A stretch of DNA of 64,000 nucleotides from Salinimicrobium sp. (GTDB lineage Archaea; Thermoplasmatota; Poseidoniia; Poseidoniales; Poseidoniaceae): positions 54,440 to 118,439 of the forward strand of contig CAXRAI010000016.1 of assembly GCA_964228865.1 (NCBI GenBank). Direction: 5' to 3'. Each line of letters starts with the position of its first letter. Position 1 is the stretch's first letter. This document shows, piece after piece, positions 23,345-32,731 of this stretch. The position numbers were made by a program, and so were the translations under genes. The notes under the pieces were generated by a model. That model saw only the letters and a list, made by a program, of their open reading frames with translations. It ran no database searches and had not been told where the DNA came from.

Positions 23345-24661
23345 ATGGTCGGTGGTGGAGGCGACGCGCTCGCATCCACACTCCCTCCGCACGCCGAGGC
23401 TTGGCTCGACGGCCTCATGGCGGCCCCAGATGGACTGCGGGAAGTGGTGAACCGTTTGTTCTCCCTCGGCTCGCGCGTGTGGCTGGTCGGAGGTTGCGTC
23501 AGGGACGTCCTCTCCAACCGTGGACGTGAACCCCACGATGTGGACTTGGCCGTCGACGTCGAACCCGCCGTGATGCTCGAGGGCTTTGGCTCCATGGCCA
23601 TTGACACCGGTTCTGCCTTTGGAACGGTGACCCTCAAGGCCAGCGGAGGCGTTGAACCGTTCCAGGCCACCACATTGCGCATCGACGGCAGGTACGTGGA
23701 CGGACGGCGGCCGGAGGGTGTCGAACTTGTGACCGACATCGCCCTTGACCTCGCGCGTCGGGACCTGACGATCAACGCCATGGCCATTGACCTTGAAACA
23801 CGGCAATTGATCGACCTCCACGGAGGCCGAAGCGATCTCCTTGCTGGTCGACTTAGAGCGGTGGGCTTGGCAGACGAGCGTCTGGAAGAGGATGCGTTGC
23901 GTGTTCTTCGCGTCTATAGATTCGCAGCTGGAACGCCACCGCATCATGAAAAATGGAACGTCGATGGCCCGCTCCGAGCGGCCTTACGCAACAGGGCATC
24001 TGGCCTCGTTGCCATCCCTGCCGAACGCATCTGGGGCGAGTTCTCAAGGCTGCTCGACGCACCGTTGGCCCACCACGCCTTGGGCATGATGCACGAAGAC
24101 GGCGTGATGCAGGCCCTTCTGGTGGACCGCCATCCTGCGAACGCCGGACTCGAGGCCCTCCAAGGCGAGCAAGGGGTCGGCGAGGAGCGCCTGGCCTTGC
24201 TCCTTTCCGACCACGACGCCTCCGAGGTGGAGGACATGCTGCGTGGACTCAAGGCACCAAAACGGGTGATGTCCCGCGTCCGGAGGCTGGTGAACGCCAT
24301 GCGCATGCCGCCTCCAACCAACAGACAAGCCGTCCGTGTGCTGCGTTACCGTTGGGGCGATGATGTCGAGGCCACGCTCCGTTTGGTCGAGGTGCTCGAA
24401 CGGCAAGGCGCCCTCCAAGGCTGGGCCGCTGCGAAGCCCCTGATCGAGGACACTCCGCCTGCCCAAGCGGACGGGCCCCTGCTCGACGGTCATGCCATCA
24501 TGGAAGCCACCGGTCTTGCCCACGGCCAAGCCCTTGGGCAGTTGAAGGAATGGTTGCATTACCTCCAAGTGGAACGTGACGTGACCAGCAAAGAGGACAT
24601 GCTCAATCTGCTCTGCCGATTGCCTTGGGAACAACCCGACAGCACGTGGCCAAGGCTCTGA
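23345..24661 (+). CDS. cca: Class II (bacterial-type) CCA tRNA nucleotidyltransferase / poly(A) polymerase family
   Basis: LVGGCVRD...DVD (DxD), TTLRIDG.Y.DGRRP loop, DLARRDLTINAMA, EEDALRVLR, AERIWGE and LLDGH.IM...G..LG. Start is approximate. Confidence 0.88.
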   Translation: MVGGGGDALASTLPPHAEAWLDGLMAAPDGLREVVNRLFSLGSRVWLVGGCVRDVLSNRGREPHDVDLAVDVEPAVMLEGFGSMAIDTGSAFGTVTLKASGGVEPFQATTLRIDGRYVDGRRPEGVELVTDIALDLARRDLTINAMAIDLETRQLIDLHGGRSDLLAGRLRAVGLADERLEEDALRVLRVYRFAAGTPPHHEKWNVDGPLRAALRNRASGLVAIPAERIWGEFSRLLDAPLAHHALGMMHEDGVMQALLVDRHPANAGLEALQGEQGVGEERLALLLSDHDASEVEDMLRGLKAPKRVMSRVRRLVNAMRMPPPTNRQAVRVLRYRWGDDVEATLRLVEVLERQGALQGWAAAKPLIEDTPPAQADGPLLDGHAIMEATGLAHGQALGQLKEWLHYLQVERDVTSKEDMLNLLCRLPWEQPDSTWPRL

Positions 24662-24708
24662 CCCTGTACGGCCACACCTTCAAATCTTGACCGCGTTCAT
24701 GGCGGCCC

Positions 24709-25551
24709 ATGGTGCGCAATGCCGTGGTCAACCTTGCCCGTCAACGCGCGGCTGAAGCCTTGCGTGCCAAAGGCGTCACGAACGACGTCATTGACCGGTT
24801 GCCGTCGATCGAGGATGGCTTCGTGAATTGGATTTCACGGAGTGAGATGCCGATGGACGCCATCGACGACATGCTGCGATCCCGAGGAGGCTTCGTTGAA
24901 CCAAGCGACCTGTCCAACATCGTTGAGAAAACCACGGGGCATGCACCTCCTGCCTGGGTGCTCGACCTGTTGATGACGTCCATGGATGCAGATGGAGACG
25001 GCCTGTTGTCCAACACGGAGGTGTGGACCTGGGCCCACGACCGAGGCCTGGAGGTTCCCGCCCATCTCATGGCGACGGAGGAACCTGAACCCACGCCTGA
25101 GCCCGAACCCGTGCCCGAGGCACAACCTGAGGCCGCACCAACTCCAGACGTTCAAGAGGCCCCCGAACCGAGGCCTGAACCGGTCCGTGCAGAGCCTGCT
25201 CGAACGCAGCCCATGGAGCGCCCCAAGGCTGCAGAAGCAGCCTCACAATCGTCCTTAGAAGGCCTCCTGGATGCCTTTTCCCAGAACCTTCGCGGCGATG
25301 AAATTCAAGCGATTTTGGACGCCAACACCCACGCCTTCCACATCTCGGGCACGGTGGAGGGAAACAAGGCCACGCTGCTTGGGGAGGCCGGATGGCGGGA
25401 CGGTCGAACCTTGACCGTGGCGACGATGCTGGGCGAGGTTGATGTGCAACTTCACAGTGCTGCATTGACCGACCTTCGGGTGCTGGACCACCACGTGATG
25501 CTCCACGATTGGAACCGAGGCCTGGCACGACCGGTGTTCCGTCTTGTGTGA
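24709..25551 (+). CDS. Hypothetical protein with EF-hand-like loop and Pro/Glu-rich linker
   Basis: MDADGDGLLSNTE loop, PEPTPEPEPVPE linker and a beta-rich C-terminal domain. Confidence 0.75.
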   Translation: MVRNAVVNLARQRAAEALRAKGVTNDVIDRLPSIEDGFVNWISRSEMPMDAIDDMLRSRGGFVEPSDLSNIVEKTTGHAPPAWVLDLLMTSMDADGDGLLSNTEVWTWAHDRGLEVPAHLMATEEPEPTPEPEPVPEAQPEAAPTPDVQEAPEPRPEPVRAEPARTQPMERPKAAEAASQSSLEGLLDAFSQNLRGDEIQAILDANTHAFHISGTVEGNKATLLGEAGWRDGRTLTVATMLGEVDVQLHSAALTDLRVLDHHVMLHDWNRGLARPVFRLV

Positions 25552-26721
25552 TCACCGCAACGCTCGTGCGATGACGAGGCGCTGGACTTCCTGTGTGCCC
25601 TCGTAAATCTGGGTGATTTTCGCATCGCGGAAGAAGCGCTCGACTGGGAATTCCTTCGTGTAGCCGTAGCCTCCGAGCACTTGGATGGCACGCTCTGCGA
25701 CCCACATCGCCGTGTCACCGGCAAACAGCTTCGCCATGCTGGCTTCCTTGCTGTGCCTTGGCCCGTCGGATTCGTAGTGATGCTCCTTGGCCCACGCGGC
25801 ACGGTACACCAGCAGACGTGCCGCGTCAATTTGCGTCGCCATGTCAGCAAGAATGGCGGTGATCATCTGGTGAGCCACGATTGGCTTCCCGAAGGTCTCG
25901 CGCTCATGGGCGTACTTGAGGGCCGCCTCATAGGCGCCCTGAGCGATGCCAAGGGCTTGGGCCGCGATACCGATACGGCTGTTGTCCAACGCGTTCATCG
26001 CGATGGGGAAGCCGTTGCCTGCGCCCTTGAGCACGTTGCCGACAGGGACCTTGCAGTTTTCCAAGACGAGGGTGCAGGTGTCTGAGGAGCGAATGCCGAG
26101 CTTGTCCTCTTTCTTTCCAACCGTGAGGCCTTCGAAGGCCTGCTCGACGATGAAGGCCGTGGTACCGCCGTGCTTCTTGACGCCAAAGTCCGGGTGGTCG
26201 ACGTCCTTAGCAAAGAGCACGTAAATGCCGGCTTGGGCGCCGTTGGTGACCCACATTTTCTCGCCGTTGAGCAAGTAATGGGTCCCGTCTTCGCTGAGTT
26301 TGGCTCGGCAGACCATGGCCGCGGCGTCGGTACCCGCGCCCGCTTCACTGAGCGAATAGGCTCCGACTTCACCGGCGGCGAGACGCGGGAGGTAGGCCTG
26401 CTTCTGTTCCTCGGTTCCATGCAGGTTGATGGTCATCGCACACAGGCCGACATGAACACAGAACATCACGGCAAATGAAGGGTCGACGCGTGCGAGTTCC
26501 TCCACAATGATGGCTTCAGCGATGTCGTTCATCTTCGCCCCACCGTATTCGTCGGGGATCGTGACGCCTTGAAGGCCGAGTTCCAGGAAAGCCTGCCACT
26601 CGTCCGCTGGAGGGCGCTGATCGCGGTCCCTTGCCTCAGCGGTCGGGGCCAGCACGGATTCTGCAAAATCACGGACCATCTCACGAATCATCTCGTTTTC
26701 TTCGCTCTCGAGGAAGTCCAC
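25552..26721 (-). CDS. Acyl-CoA dehydrogenase
   Basis: YSLSEAGAGTDA, LNGEKMWVTNG, KLGIRSSDT, RETFGKPI, QVLGGYGY and IYEGTQEVQR. GTG start at 26721 follows an AGGTGA SD. Confidence 0.96.
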   Translation of the reverse strand: MDFLESEENEMIREMVRDFAESVLAPTAEARDRDQRPPADEWQAFLELGLQGVTIPDEYGGAKMNDIAEAIIVEELARVDPSFAVMFCVHVGLCAMTINLHGTEEQKQAYLPRLAAGEVGAYSLSEAGAGTDAAAMVCRAKLSEDGTHYLLNGEKMWVTNGAQAGIYVLFAKDVDHPDFGVKKHGGTTAFIVEQAFEGLTVGKKEDKLGIRSSDTCTLVLENCKVPVGNVLKGAGNGFPIAMNALDNSRIGIAAQALGIAQGAYEAALKYAHERETFGKPIVAHQMITAILADMATQIDAARLLVYRAAWAKEHHYESDGPRHSKEASMAKLFAGDTAMWVAERAIQVLGGYGYTKEFPVERFFRDAKITQIYEGTQEVQRLVIARALR

Positions 26722-26824
26722 CGGCTCACCTGTCCTCAGCACATGACCTCGGCTCTTCAAGCATGTGCATGCGCCAAGTGGAGGCTTTGGTGGCATTGAA
26801 ATACCGCGTGTTTTACGCGGCGAC

Positions 26825-27229
26825 ATGGACGAGGAGGACATCGAGTTCACCATCGCACACAACCGACGCTACTCAAACGCACACCTGTGGTTCCAAGACG
26901 TGAAGGACGAACGGGTGATGATCGGCATCAGCGAGTACTTGCTCGCCGACGCCGGAGCGGTCCTGCGCGTCAACTTGCCCGACCAAGGGCAGGAAATCGG
27001 CGAGGGCGATGTGCTGTTCTCGTTGCGGACCGAATACGAAGCGCTCCGCTTCACGTCCCCGTTCTCGCTGAAGGTGACCGAAGTCAACGGTGAACTGGAA
27101 AGCACGCCGGAGACCATCAACGACTCGCCGTACGACAACGGCTGGGTGCTCATCATCGAACCTCATGACGACGCCGATGACGCTCTGCTCGAGGCGGACG
27201 AATACATCGAGTTCCTCCAAGAAGCCTGA
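26825..27229 (+). CDS. Glycine cleavage system H protein-like (lipoyl lysine absent)
   Basis: RYSNAHLW, IGIS, LP..G..I..GD, SP....V.EVN..L...PE.IN.SPY..GW. The ESVK motif is replaced by RTEY. Confidence 0.85.
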   Translation: MDEEDIEFTIAHNRRYSNAHLWFQDVKDERVMIGISEYLLADAGAVLRVNLPDQGQEIGEGDVLFSLRTEYEALRFTSPFSLKVTEVNGELESTPETINDSPYDNGWVLIIEPHDDADDALLEADEYIEFLQEA

Positions 27230-27264
27230 GCCAAGGCTAAGGTCCATCCGGCTCAGCCGGGGCC

Positions 27265-27852
27265 ATGGAAGAGGCCATGCAACGCTTGACCGCGTCGCTT
27301 GAATCGGCGCCGATCGTGTGGAAGGACGGCTACCCGTACTTCGTCCACCCCGTCACCGATGGCGTGCCTCGCTTGGAAGGAGAGGTGCTTGCCGCCATTG
27401 TCGAGCTCATTGGCCAACAGGTGAACTGGTCAGAGGTGGACCTGATCCTCGGCATTGAAGCGATGGGGTTGCCGTTGACCGCACCGTTGTCCGTCCAGCA
27501 CGACCGCCCCCTGGTGGTCGCCCGCAAACGGGCCTACGGACTCGAAGGTGAAGTGGTGGTGGACCAAAGCACGGGCTATTCGAAGGGCACGATGTACCTC
27601 AACGACGTGCGTCCCGGGGAGCGGGTGCTCATCGTGGACGACGTGCTCTCCACAGGCGGGACCTTGCGGGCGGTCATCGACGGCATCCGACGGTGCGGTG
27701 CAGAAGTGGCACAAGTGGTCATCGTGGTCGAGAAAGGCCCCGGCATGGCCGACCTCCACCGCGACGATCCTTCGCTCAACCTCTCCGCACTCATCGCGGT
27801 GGACGTGGTGGACGGGCGGGTCGTGACGCGTCCTGCGACGAGCATGGCTTGA
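27265..27852 (+). CDS. hpt: Archaeal hypoxanthine/guanine phosphoribosyltransferase
   Basis: YPYFVHPVTDGVP, IEAMGLP, RKRAYGL, STGYSKG and the PRPP motif VDDVLSTGGT. Confidence 0.9.
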   Translation: MEEAMQRLTASLESAPIVWKDGYPYFVHPVTDGVPRLEGEVLAAIVELIGQQVNWSEVDLILGIEAMGLPLTAPLSVQHDRPLVVARKRAYGLEGEVVVDQSTGYSKGTMYLNDVRPGERVLIVDDVLSTGGTLRAVIDGIRRCGAEVAQVVIVVEKGPGMADLHRDDPSLNLSALIAVDVVDGRVVTRPATSMA

Positions 27853-27886
27853 AAGCCGGAGGACATGACGGGCATACGGGAGCGCC

Positions 27887-28993
27887 ATGGACCTCGACCG
27901 TCATGATTTCCAACTCGAGGAGTTGATGACGCGCATCAAAGACGGTGACCACCGTCTCATCGCCTTGCAGGTGCCCGAAGGGCTCAAGATGCAAGCGCTG
28001 GAAATGATGGACGCCATCGAAACCGACACCAGCGCAAAAGTGGTGCTGGCCGCCGACCCTTGCTACGGGGCATGCGACCTGGTGCACGACAAGATGCGGA
28101 TGATGGGCGTGGAACTTGTGGCGCACATGGGCCACTCGCAGATGAACATCGACTCAGGCATGCCCACCCAATTCATCGACGTGACCTACGAGGGCGACCC
28201 TGAACTTCAGCCCGTTCTGCCGATCCTTCATGCCCACCGTGAGGGCGCCAAGAAGCGCCTTGAGGGGGCCAGCGATGTCCCCCTCACCGAGGAAGAAGCA
28301 CAGGAGCGCTTCCTCGATGCCGTTGGGCGAACAGCGGCCTTGACCGATGTGAAACTCGGCTTGGTGGGCTCCATCCAGCACCTGCACCTCCTCCCCGCCT
28401 TTTGCGAGCGCCTCGAAGAGGCGGGATTCGACGTCACCGTGCCGCTGGGCGGTGCTCGACTGACCTTCCCCGGACAGGTGCTTGGCTGCAACTATTCGGG
28501 CGATGACGACAACATCGGCCACTACCTCTTCCTCGGAAGCGGAGACTTCCATCCGATTGGTTTGGTCCTCCACACCGGCAAGCCCCTTGCCATGCTCGAC
28601 CCGTACACCGGCGAAGCCACCGAAATGTCGCTCCAGCGCATCGAGCGCATCCTGCGGCAACGCTTCGGGCTGATCATGGCCTGCCAGGACGCAGAACGCT
28701 ACGGCATCCTCATCGGCGAAAAGCCCGGCCAGATGCGCCGAACCCTTGCCCTTCGCATGAAGCGCATGCTCGAGCGCCACGGAAAGAAGGGATACTTGCT
28801 CGCCCTCGAACACGTCGGCCCAGAACTCATCGACTTCTATCCGGTCGACGCCTTCGTGAACACGGCTTGCCCCCGCATCGCCATCGATGATGCGGTGAAG
28901 TACGCCAAGCCCCTGATCACGCCGTTCGAGCTTGAGGTGACCCTTGGCGAGAAGGACTGGGGCGAAGGTTACCGCTTCGACGAAATCCCCTGA
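27887..28993 (+). CDS. dph2: Diphthamide biosynthesis enzyme Dph2
   Basis: LQVPEGLK, PCYGACD, GQVLGCN and NTACPRIAIDD (three Fe-S cysteines). Confidence 0.96.
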   Translation: MDLDRHDFQLEELMTRIKDGDHRLIALQVPEGLKMQALEMMDAIETDTSAKVVLAADPCYGACDLVHDKMRMMGVELVAHMGHSQMNIDSGMPTQFIDVTYEGDPELQPVLPILHAHREGAKKRLEGASDVPLTEEEAQERFLDAVGRTAALTDVKLGLVGSIQHLHLLPAFCERLEEAGFDVTVPLGGARLTFPGQVLGCNYSGDDDNIGHYLFLGSGDFHPIGLVLHTGKPLAMLDPYTGEATEMSLQRIERILRQRFGLIMACQDAERYGILIGEKPGQMRRTLALRMKRMLERHGKKGYLLALEHVGPELIDFYPVDAFVNTACPRIAIDDAVKYAKPLITPFELEVTLGEKDWGEGYRFDEIP

Positions 28994-29039
28994 TTTGGGG
29001 AGCATGTTCAAGAACGGCTGTCGTCGTTGTTGCTACGTT

Positions 29040-30221
29040 ATGGTCGACTACCTCGATGCCATCGGAGCGGGCCTCATCCTGCTCGACCCGACCCCCCTCG
29101 GGTTTGACTACCTCCCCACGGAGTTGGTGGCCCGGGATGAGTTACAACGCGCCCTTGCAGGCCGCTTTTCCAGCCTTGGCCACGCCAGCGGCTCTGGACG
29201 TGCGGTCATCACCGGGCCGGTCGGGAGCGGGAAGACCAGCCTCGTCCGGCGTTTCTGTGACGACGTCGCCCGTCACCTCATCGGCACGCGTGACATCGCC
29301 GTGGCCCACATCAACTGCCGAAACGAAAACACGACCATGCAGGTGATGCACAAAATCGTCGCACAGATGGACGAGCGCCATCCTGACCGCGGGTTGTCCA
29401 GCGGTGAGTTGCTGGCAAGCATCCGCCGCCTGGTGTCCGCCCGACGCGGGCACCTGATCGTGGTGCTCGACGAGGTGGACCACCTGCTGCGACGAGCGGG
29501 CAACGACATCCTCTACCACTTGCTGCGCATTGACGAGGATGCCGCGTCGGAAGGCACGCTCTCGCTCATCCTCATCAGCCAAGAGCAGATCCTCGACGTG
29601 TTGGAGGGCGCGGTCATTTCGCGGCTCGGGGCGTCCAACCACCTCCGAATCCCCGCGTACAAGCGAGAGGAACTGTCGGCCATCGCCCAACAACGGGCCG
29701 CATTGGCCCTTCGCCCCGGCTCATGGCAAGCCACCCACATCGACCTGATCGCGGAAGCGGCCGCCACCAACGGTGACGCTCGGGCGGCCATCGAGTTGCT
29801 CGATACCGCCGTGCGCAACGCAGAAGCCGACGGACGACGTGAACTGCGTGCCGACGACATCCAGCGGGCGGCGACCGAACTGCCAAGCACCCATGCTGAC
29901 GGCCTGATCGACGACCTGAACCTGCATCAGTTGCTGGTGCTCTTGGCCGTTGCACGGCGCCTGCGGCGCGCCGACCACATCACCAGCGGAGACATCGACC
30001 AACTGTATGCTGTCGTGTGCGAGGAACACGAGGCTGAAGCACGCAGCCACACCACGATCTGGAAGATCGTGAAAGAGCTCGAAGCACAAGGCCTGATTGC
30101 GACACGTGTGGCGCCTGTCGGCTCCGGCCGAGGGCGGACCACGCACGTGACCATGCCAACGGTATTGCCGGCAGACCTCATCCCAAGGATCGAAGATGCC
30201 GTGCCAAGACGGCGGCGCTGA
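29040..30221 (+). CDS. cdc6: Orc1/Cdc6 replication initiator
   Basis: DYLPTELVARD, Walker A GPVGSGKT, HINCR, Walker B VLDEVD, GDARAAI and C-terminal wHTH ending GRGRTT. Start ATG at 29040. Confidence 0.95.
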   Translation: MVDYLDAIGAGLILLDPTPLGFDYLPTELVARDELQRALAGRFSSLGHASGSGRAVITGPVGSGKTSLVRRFCDDVARHLIGTRDIAVAHINCRNENTTMQVMHKIVAQMDERHPDRGLSSGELLASIRRLVSARRGHLIVVLDEVDHLLRRAGNDILYHLLRIDEDAASEGTLSLILISQEQILDVLEGAVISRLGASNHLRIPAYKREELSAIAQQRAALALRPGSWQATHIDLIAEAAATNGDARAAIELLDTAVRNAEADGRRELRADDIQRAATELPSTHADGLIDDLNLHQLLVLLAVARRLRRADHITSGDIDQLYAVVCEEHEAEARSHTTIWKIVKELEAQGLIATRVAPVGSGRGRTTHVTMPTVLPADLIPRIEDAVPRRRR

Positions 30222-30289
30222 GGCCCATTTTGGCTCCGGTGAGCATAAATAGAGGCCGCATGTCGGCGGACTGCACCTTGGTGAGGCTT

Positions 30290-30772
30290 ATGGCTGATGG
30301 AGAATTCATTGCCGTCGTCAACGACACGAACCCGGCCAACAACGGCCGCTCGTACAACGTGACGATTTCCGGCAACAACCACGCACAGTTCCTCGGAAAG
30401 CGCATCGGCGACGTCGTCGACGGCATCTTCGTGGGCGAAGGTGACACCTCCCTGAACGGCTACAAGCTGGAAATCACCGGTGGCTCCGACAAGACCGGCA
30501 CCCCCATGCGACGCGATCTTGACGGCGGCGCCCGCCAATCTGTCCTCGTGACCGCTTCGACCGGATACAAGGGCCACAAGCTCGTCCAGAAGACCAAGAA
30601 GGGCGAAAAGCGGACCTTCCGCTATGTCCCTGACGGTCTGCGTCGCCGCCGCAACTTCCGCGGCAACACCGTGACTCAGGACACCCGCCAAATCAACCTC
30701 AAGGTCGTCGAAGCCGGCAACAAGCCGCTCGAGGCCATCTTCGGTGCCGACGAGGAACCGGCCGCGGAGTGA
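30290..30772 (+). CDS. rps6e: 30S ribosomal protein S6e
   Basis: GKRIGD.VDG, LEITGGSDKTGTPMRRD and G.RRRRNFRGN.V...QINLKV. A TATA-like CATAAATA lies at 30244. Confidence 0.96.
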   Translation: MADGEFIAVVNDTNPANNGRSYNVTISGNNHAQFLGKRIGDVVDGIFVGEGDTSLNGYKLEITGGSDKTGTPMRRDLDGGARQSVLVTASTGYKGHKLVQKTKKGEKRTFRYVPDGLRRRRNFRGNTVTQDTRQINLKVVEAGNKPLEAIFGADEEPAAE

Positions 30773-30815
30773 ACCCCGAGAGGGACGTCGAGCACAACAG
30801 GATGGAGGGGGAGCG

Positions 30816-32054
30816 ATGGCACGTCGACTCCCGCGCCAACCTGAGGTCAACATCGGACTTGTTGGTCACGTTGACCACGGCAAGACCACGCTGACCCAAG
30901 CGTTGTCCGGCGTCTGGACGGACACCCATTCCGAGGAACGCAAGCGCGGCATTTCCATCAAGCTCGGATACGCGGACACGGCCTTCTACCAAACCGAAGA
31001 CGGTGCACACTACCCGCTCGGCCGCCGTCCTGACGGCAACAAGGACGTGGACGAAGAACTCCAGCGCGTGGTTTCCTTCGTGGACGCGCCTGGTCACGAG
31101 ACGCTGATGGCGATCATGATCACCGGTGCATCCCTGATGGACGGCGCCCTCCTGATGGTGGCCGCCAACGAGCCATGCCCACAGCCCCAGACCCGGGAGC
31201 ACCTCATGGCCCTCGAAATCGCAGGCATTGAGAACATCGTGGTCGTTCAAAACAAGATCGACCTCGTTTCGCGCGAACGCGCAATGGAATCCCATGCTGA
31301 GATCAAGGCCTTCCTCAAGGGCACCATCGCTGAGCACGCGCCAATCATCCCGGTCTCGGCCCACCATGACGTCAACCTCGACGTGTTGATTTCAGCCATT
31401 GAAGCCTACATTCCCACTCCGGACCGTTCCGAAGATGTGCGCAGCGTCATGCACGTCGCCCGTTCCTTCGACATCAACCGACCCGGCACCCGCCCCGGCA
31501 AAATGCGTGGAGGTGTCATTGGGGGAAGCATCGTGGAAGGAACCTTCTCGGTGGGCGACGAAGTCGAAATCGCTCCAGGCCGCCGAACCGGTGAAGGCAA
31601 CAAAGCCGTGTGGGAACCCATTCAAGCCACCATCAGCAGCATCCAAGGTGGCGGCTTGAACCTCGACACCGCCCATGCTGGGGGCTTGGTCGGCATCGCC
31701 ACGAAACTCGATCCTGCGACCACCACCGCCGACAACCTCAGCGGACAAGTCATCGCCCTCCGGGGCGAACTTCCTGAGATCCGCGAAACCATTCGCGTCG
31801 ATGTGGACCTGATGGCCACCATGGTGGCCGGTGACGGAGAGGCACCTGAGCCCATCCATCGTCTTCGCAACAACGAGATGCTGATGGTCAACGTGGCCAC
31901 GGCCACCTCGGTTGGCGTGGTGAAAAACGTCGAGAAGAACCAAGCCACGCTTCAACTCCGCCTTCCCATCTGTGCGGATGCCGGTCAACGTGTTTCCATT
32001 TCGCGACGAACCGGTTCCCGATGGCGCCTCATCGGCCATGCCACAATCGTGTGA
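30816..32054 (+). CDS. eif2g: Translation initiation factor 2 gamma subunit
   Basis: QPEVNIGLVGHVDHGKTTL, RGISIKLGYA, DAPGHE, PQPQTREH, NKID and WRLIG. Confidence 0.98.
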   Translation: MARRLPRQPEVNIGLVGHVDHGKTTLTQALSGVWTDTHSEERKRGISIKLGYADTAFYQTEDGAHYPLGRRPDGNKDVDEELQRVVSFVDAPGHETLMAIMITGASLMDGALLMVAANEPCPQPQTREHLMALEIAGIENIVVVQNKIDLVSRERAMESHAEIKAFLKGTIAEHAPIIPVSAHHDVNLDVLISAIEAYIPTPDRSEDVRSVMHVARSFDINRPGTRPGKMRGGVIGGSIVEGTFSVGDEVEIAPGRRTGEGNKAVWEPIQATISSIQGGGLNLDTAHAGGLVGIATKLDPATTTADNLSGQVIALRGELPEIRETIRVDVDLMATMVAGDGEAPEPIHRLRNNEMLMVNVATATSVGVVKNVEKNQATLQLRLPICADAGQRVSISRRTGSRWRLIGHATIV

Positions 32055-32063
32055 GGCGGGAAC

Positions 32064-32429
32064 GTGGAGCTGATCATCGACGCCTGCGGTTGGGCCGCAG
32101 CGGTCGACGCCAGCGTCAACCTTGACCATGCGTTGATGCCCTTGGTCGGTCGACCCACGTGGTTGGTTCCCGTTGGCGTGCGGGAGGAACTCGGGGTCCT
32201 TGACCAACAACGGCGTGGACTTTTGCTCGCCTTGCTGGACGAGCGTGCCACGCTTGTGGAGCCTGAGCAGCTCGAGGTGCATCCCGATGACCACATCGTG
32301 GCCTTGGCCACCGCTCGACAAGCGGCCACCCTGACCGTGGATCGTGCCCTCAAAGGGCGGTTGATTCAGGCAGGTTGCCCCGTCATCGAAGTGGTTGACG
32401 GCCACCGACTTCGTCGGATTGACCCCTAA
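32064..32429 (+). CDS. PIN-domain protein (Fcf1/Utp24-like)
   Basis: LIIDA, V.EEL, PDDHIV and TVDRALK motifs; this is the usual position downstream of archaeal eif2g. Confidence 0.85.
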   Translation: MELIIDACGWAAAVDASVNLDHALMPLVGRPTWLVPVGVREELGVLDQQRRGLLLALLDERATLVEPEQLEVHPDDHIVALATARQAATLTVDRALKGRLIQAGCPVIEVVDGHRLRRIDP

Positions 32430-32731
32430 GGAAGGGTGAACAGAACGTCGTCGTCGTGGCCGTCCAACAGACGCAGGCGAACGCCCGCATCGATCCATGC
32501 ATGAGCGTAGTTGATCGCTCCGAAGGCCCGAACAAGGTCACCGGTGGTCAGGAAGTGTGCTGCATCTGAGGCGTAATCGTCGGCCATTCGAAGCAAGCGC
32601 TGAAGATCATCCCACGCTGGTGTCCCCTCCTCAGGAAGTGGTGTGGCTTTCGCTCGAGCCTTGGCGGTCAAATCCAGATAACGCTGGACCCGCTCAGGTG
32701 TCACTTCCGTTGGGTGGTCGCCCTCAGTCAT
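32426..32731 (-). CDS. DUF357-family protein
   Basis: MADDYASDAAHFL..GDLVRAFGAINYAHAWIDAG. ATG 32731 overlaps the upstream gene end. Confidence 0.88.
   Translation of the reverse strand: MTEGDHPTEVTPERVQRYLDLTAKARAKATPLPEEGTPAWDDLQRLLRMADDYASDAAHFLTTGDLVRAFGAINYAHAWIDAGVRLRLLDGHDDDVLFTLP

Noticed and set aside
28985..29039. Possible replication origin (ORB) beside cdc6; hairpin TCCCC-TGATTT-GGGGA
   Set aside because: The intergenic gap is only 46 bp, with no TCCA..GGAAA/G-string ORB repeats and no AT-rich unwinding element. The 5-bp stem is too weak to call.
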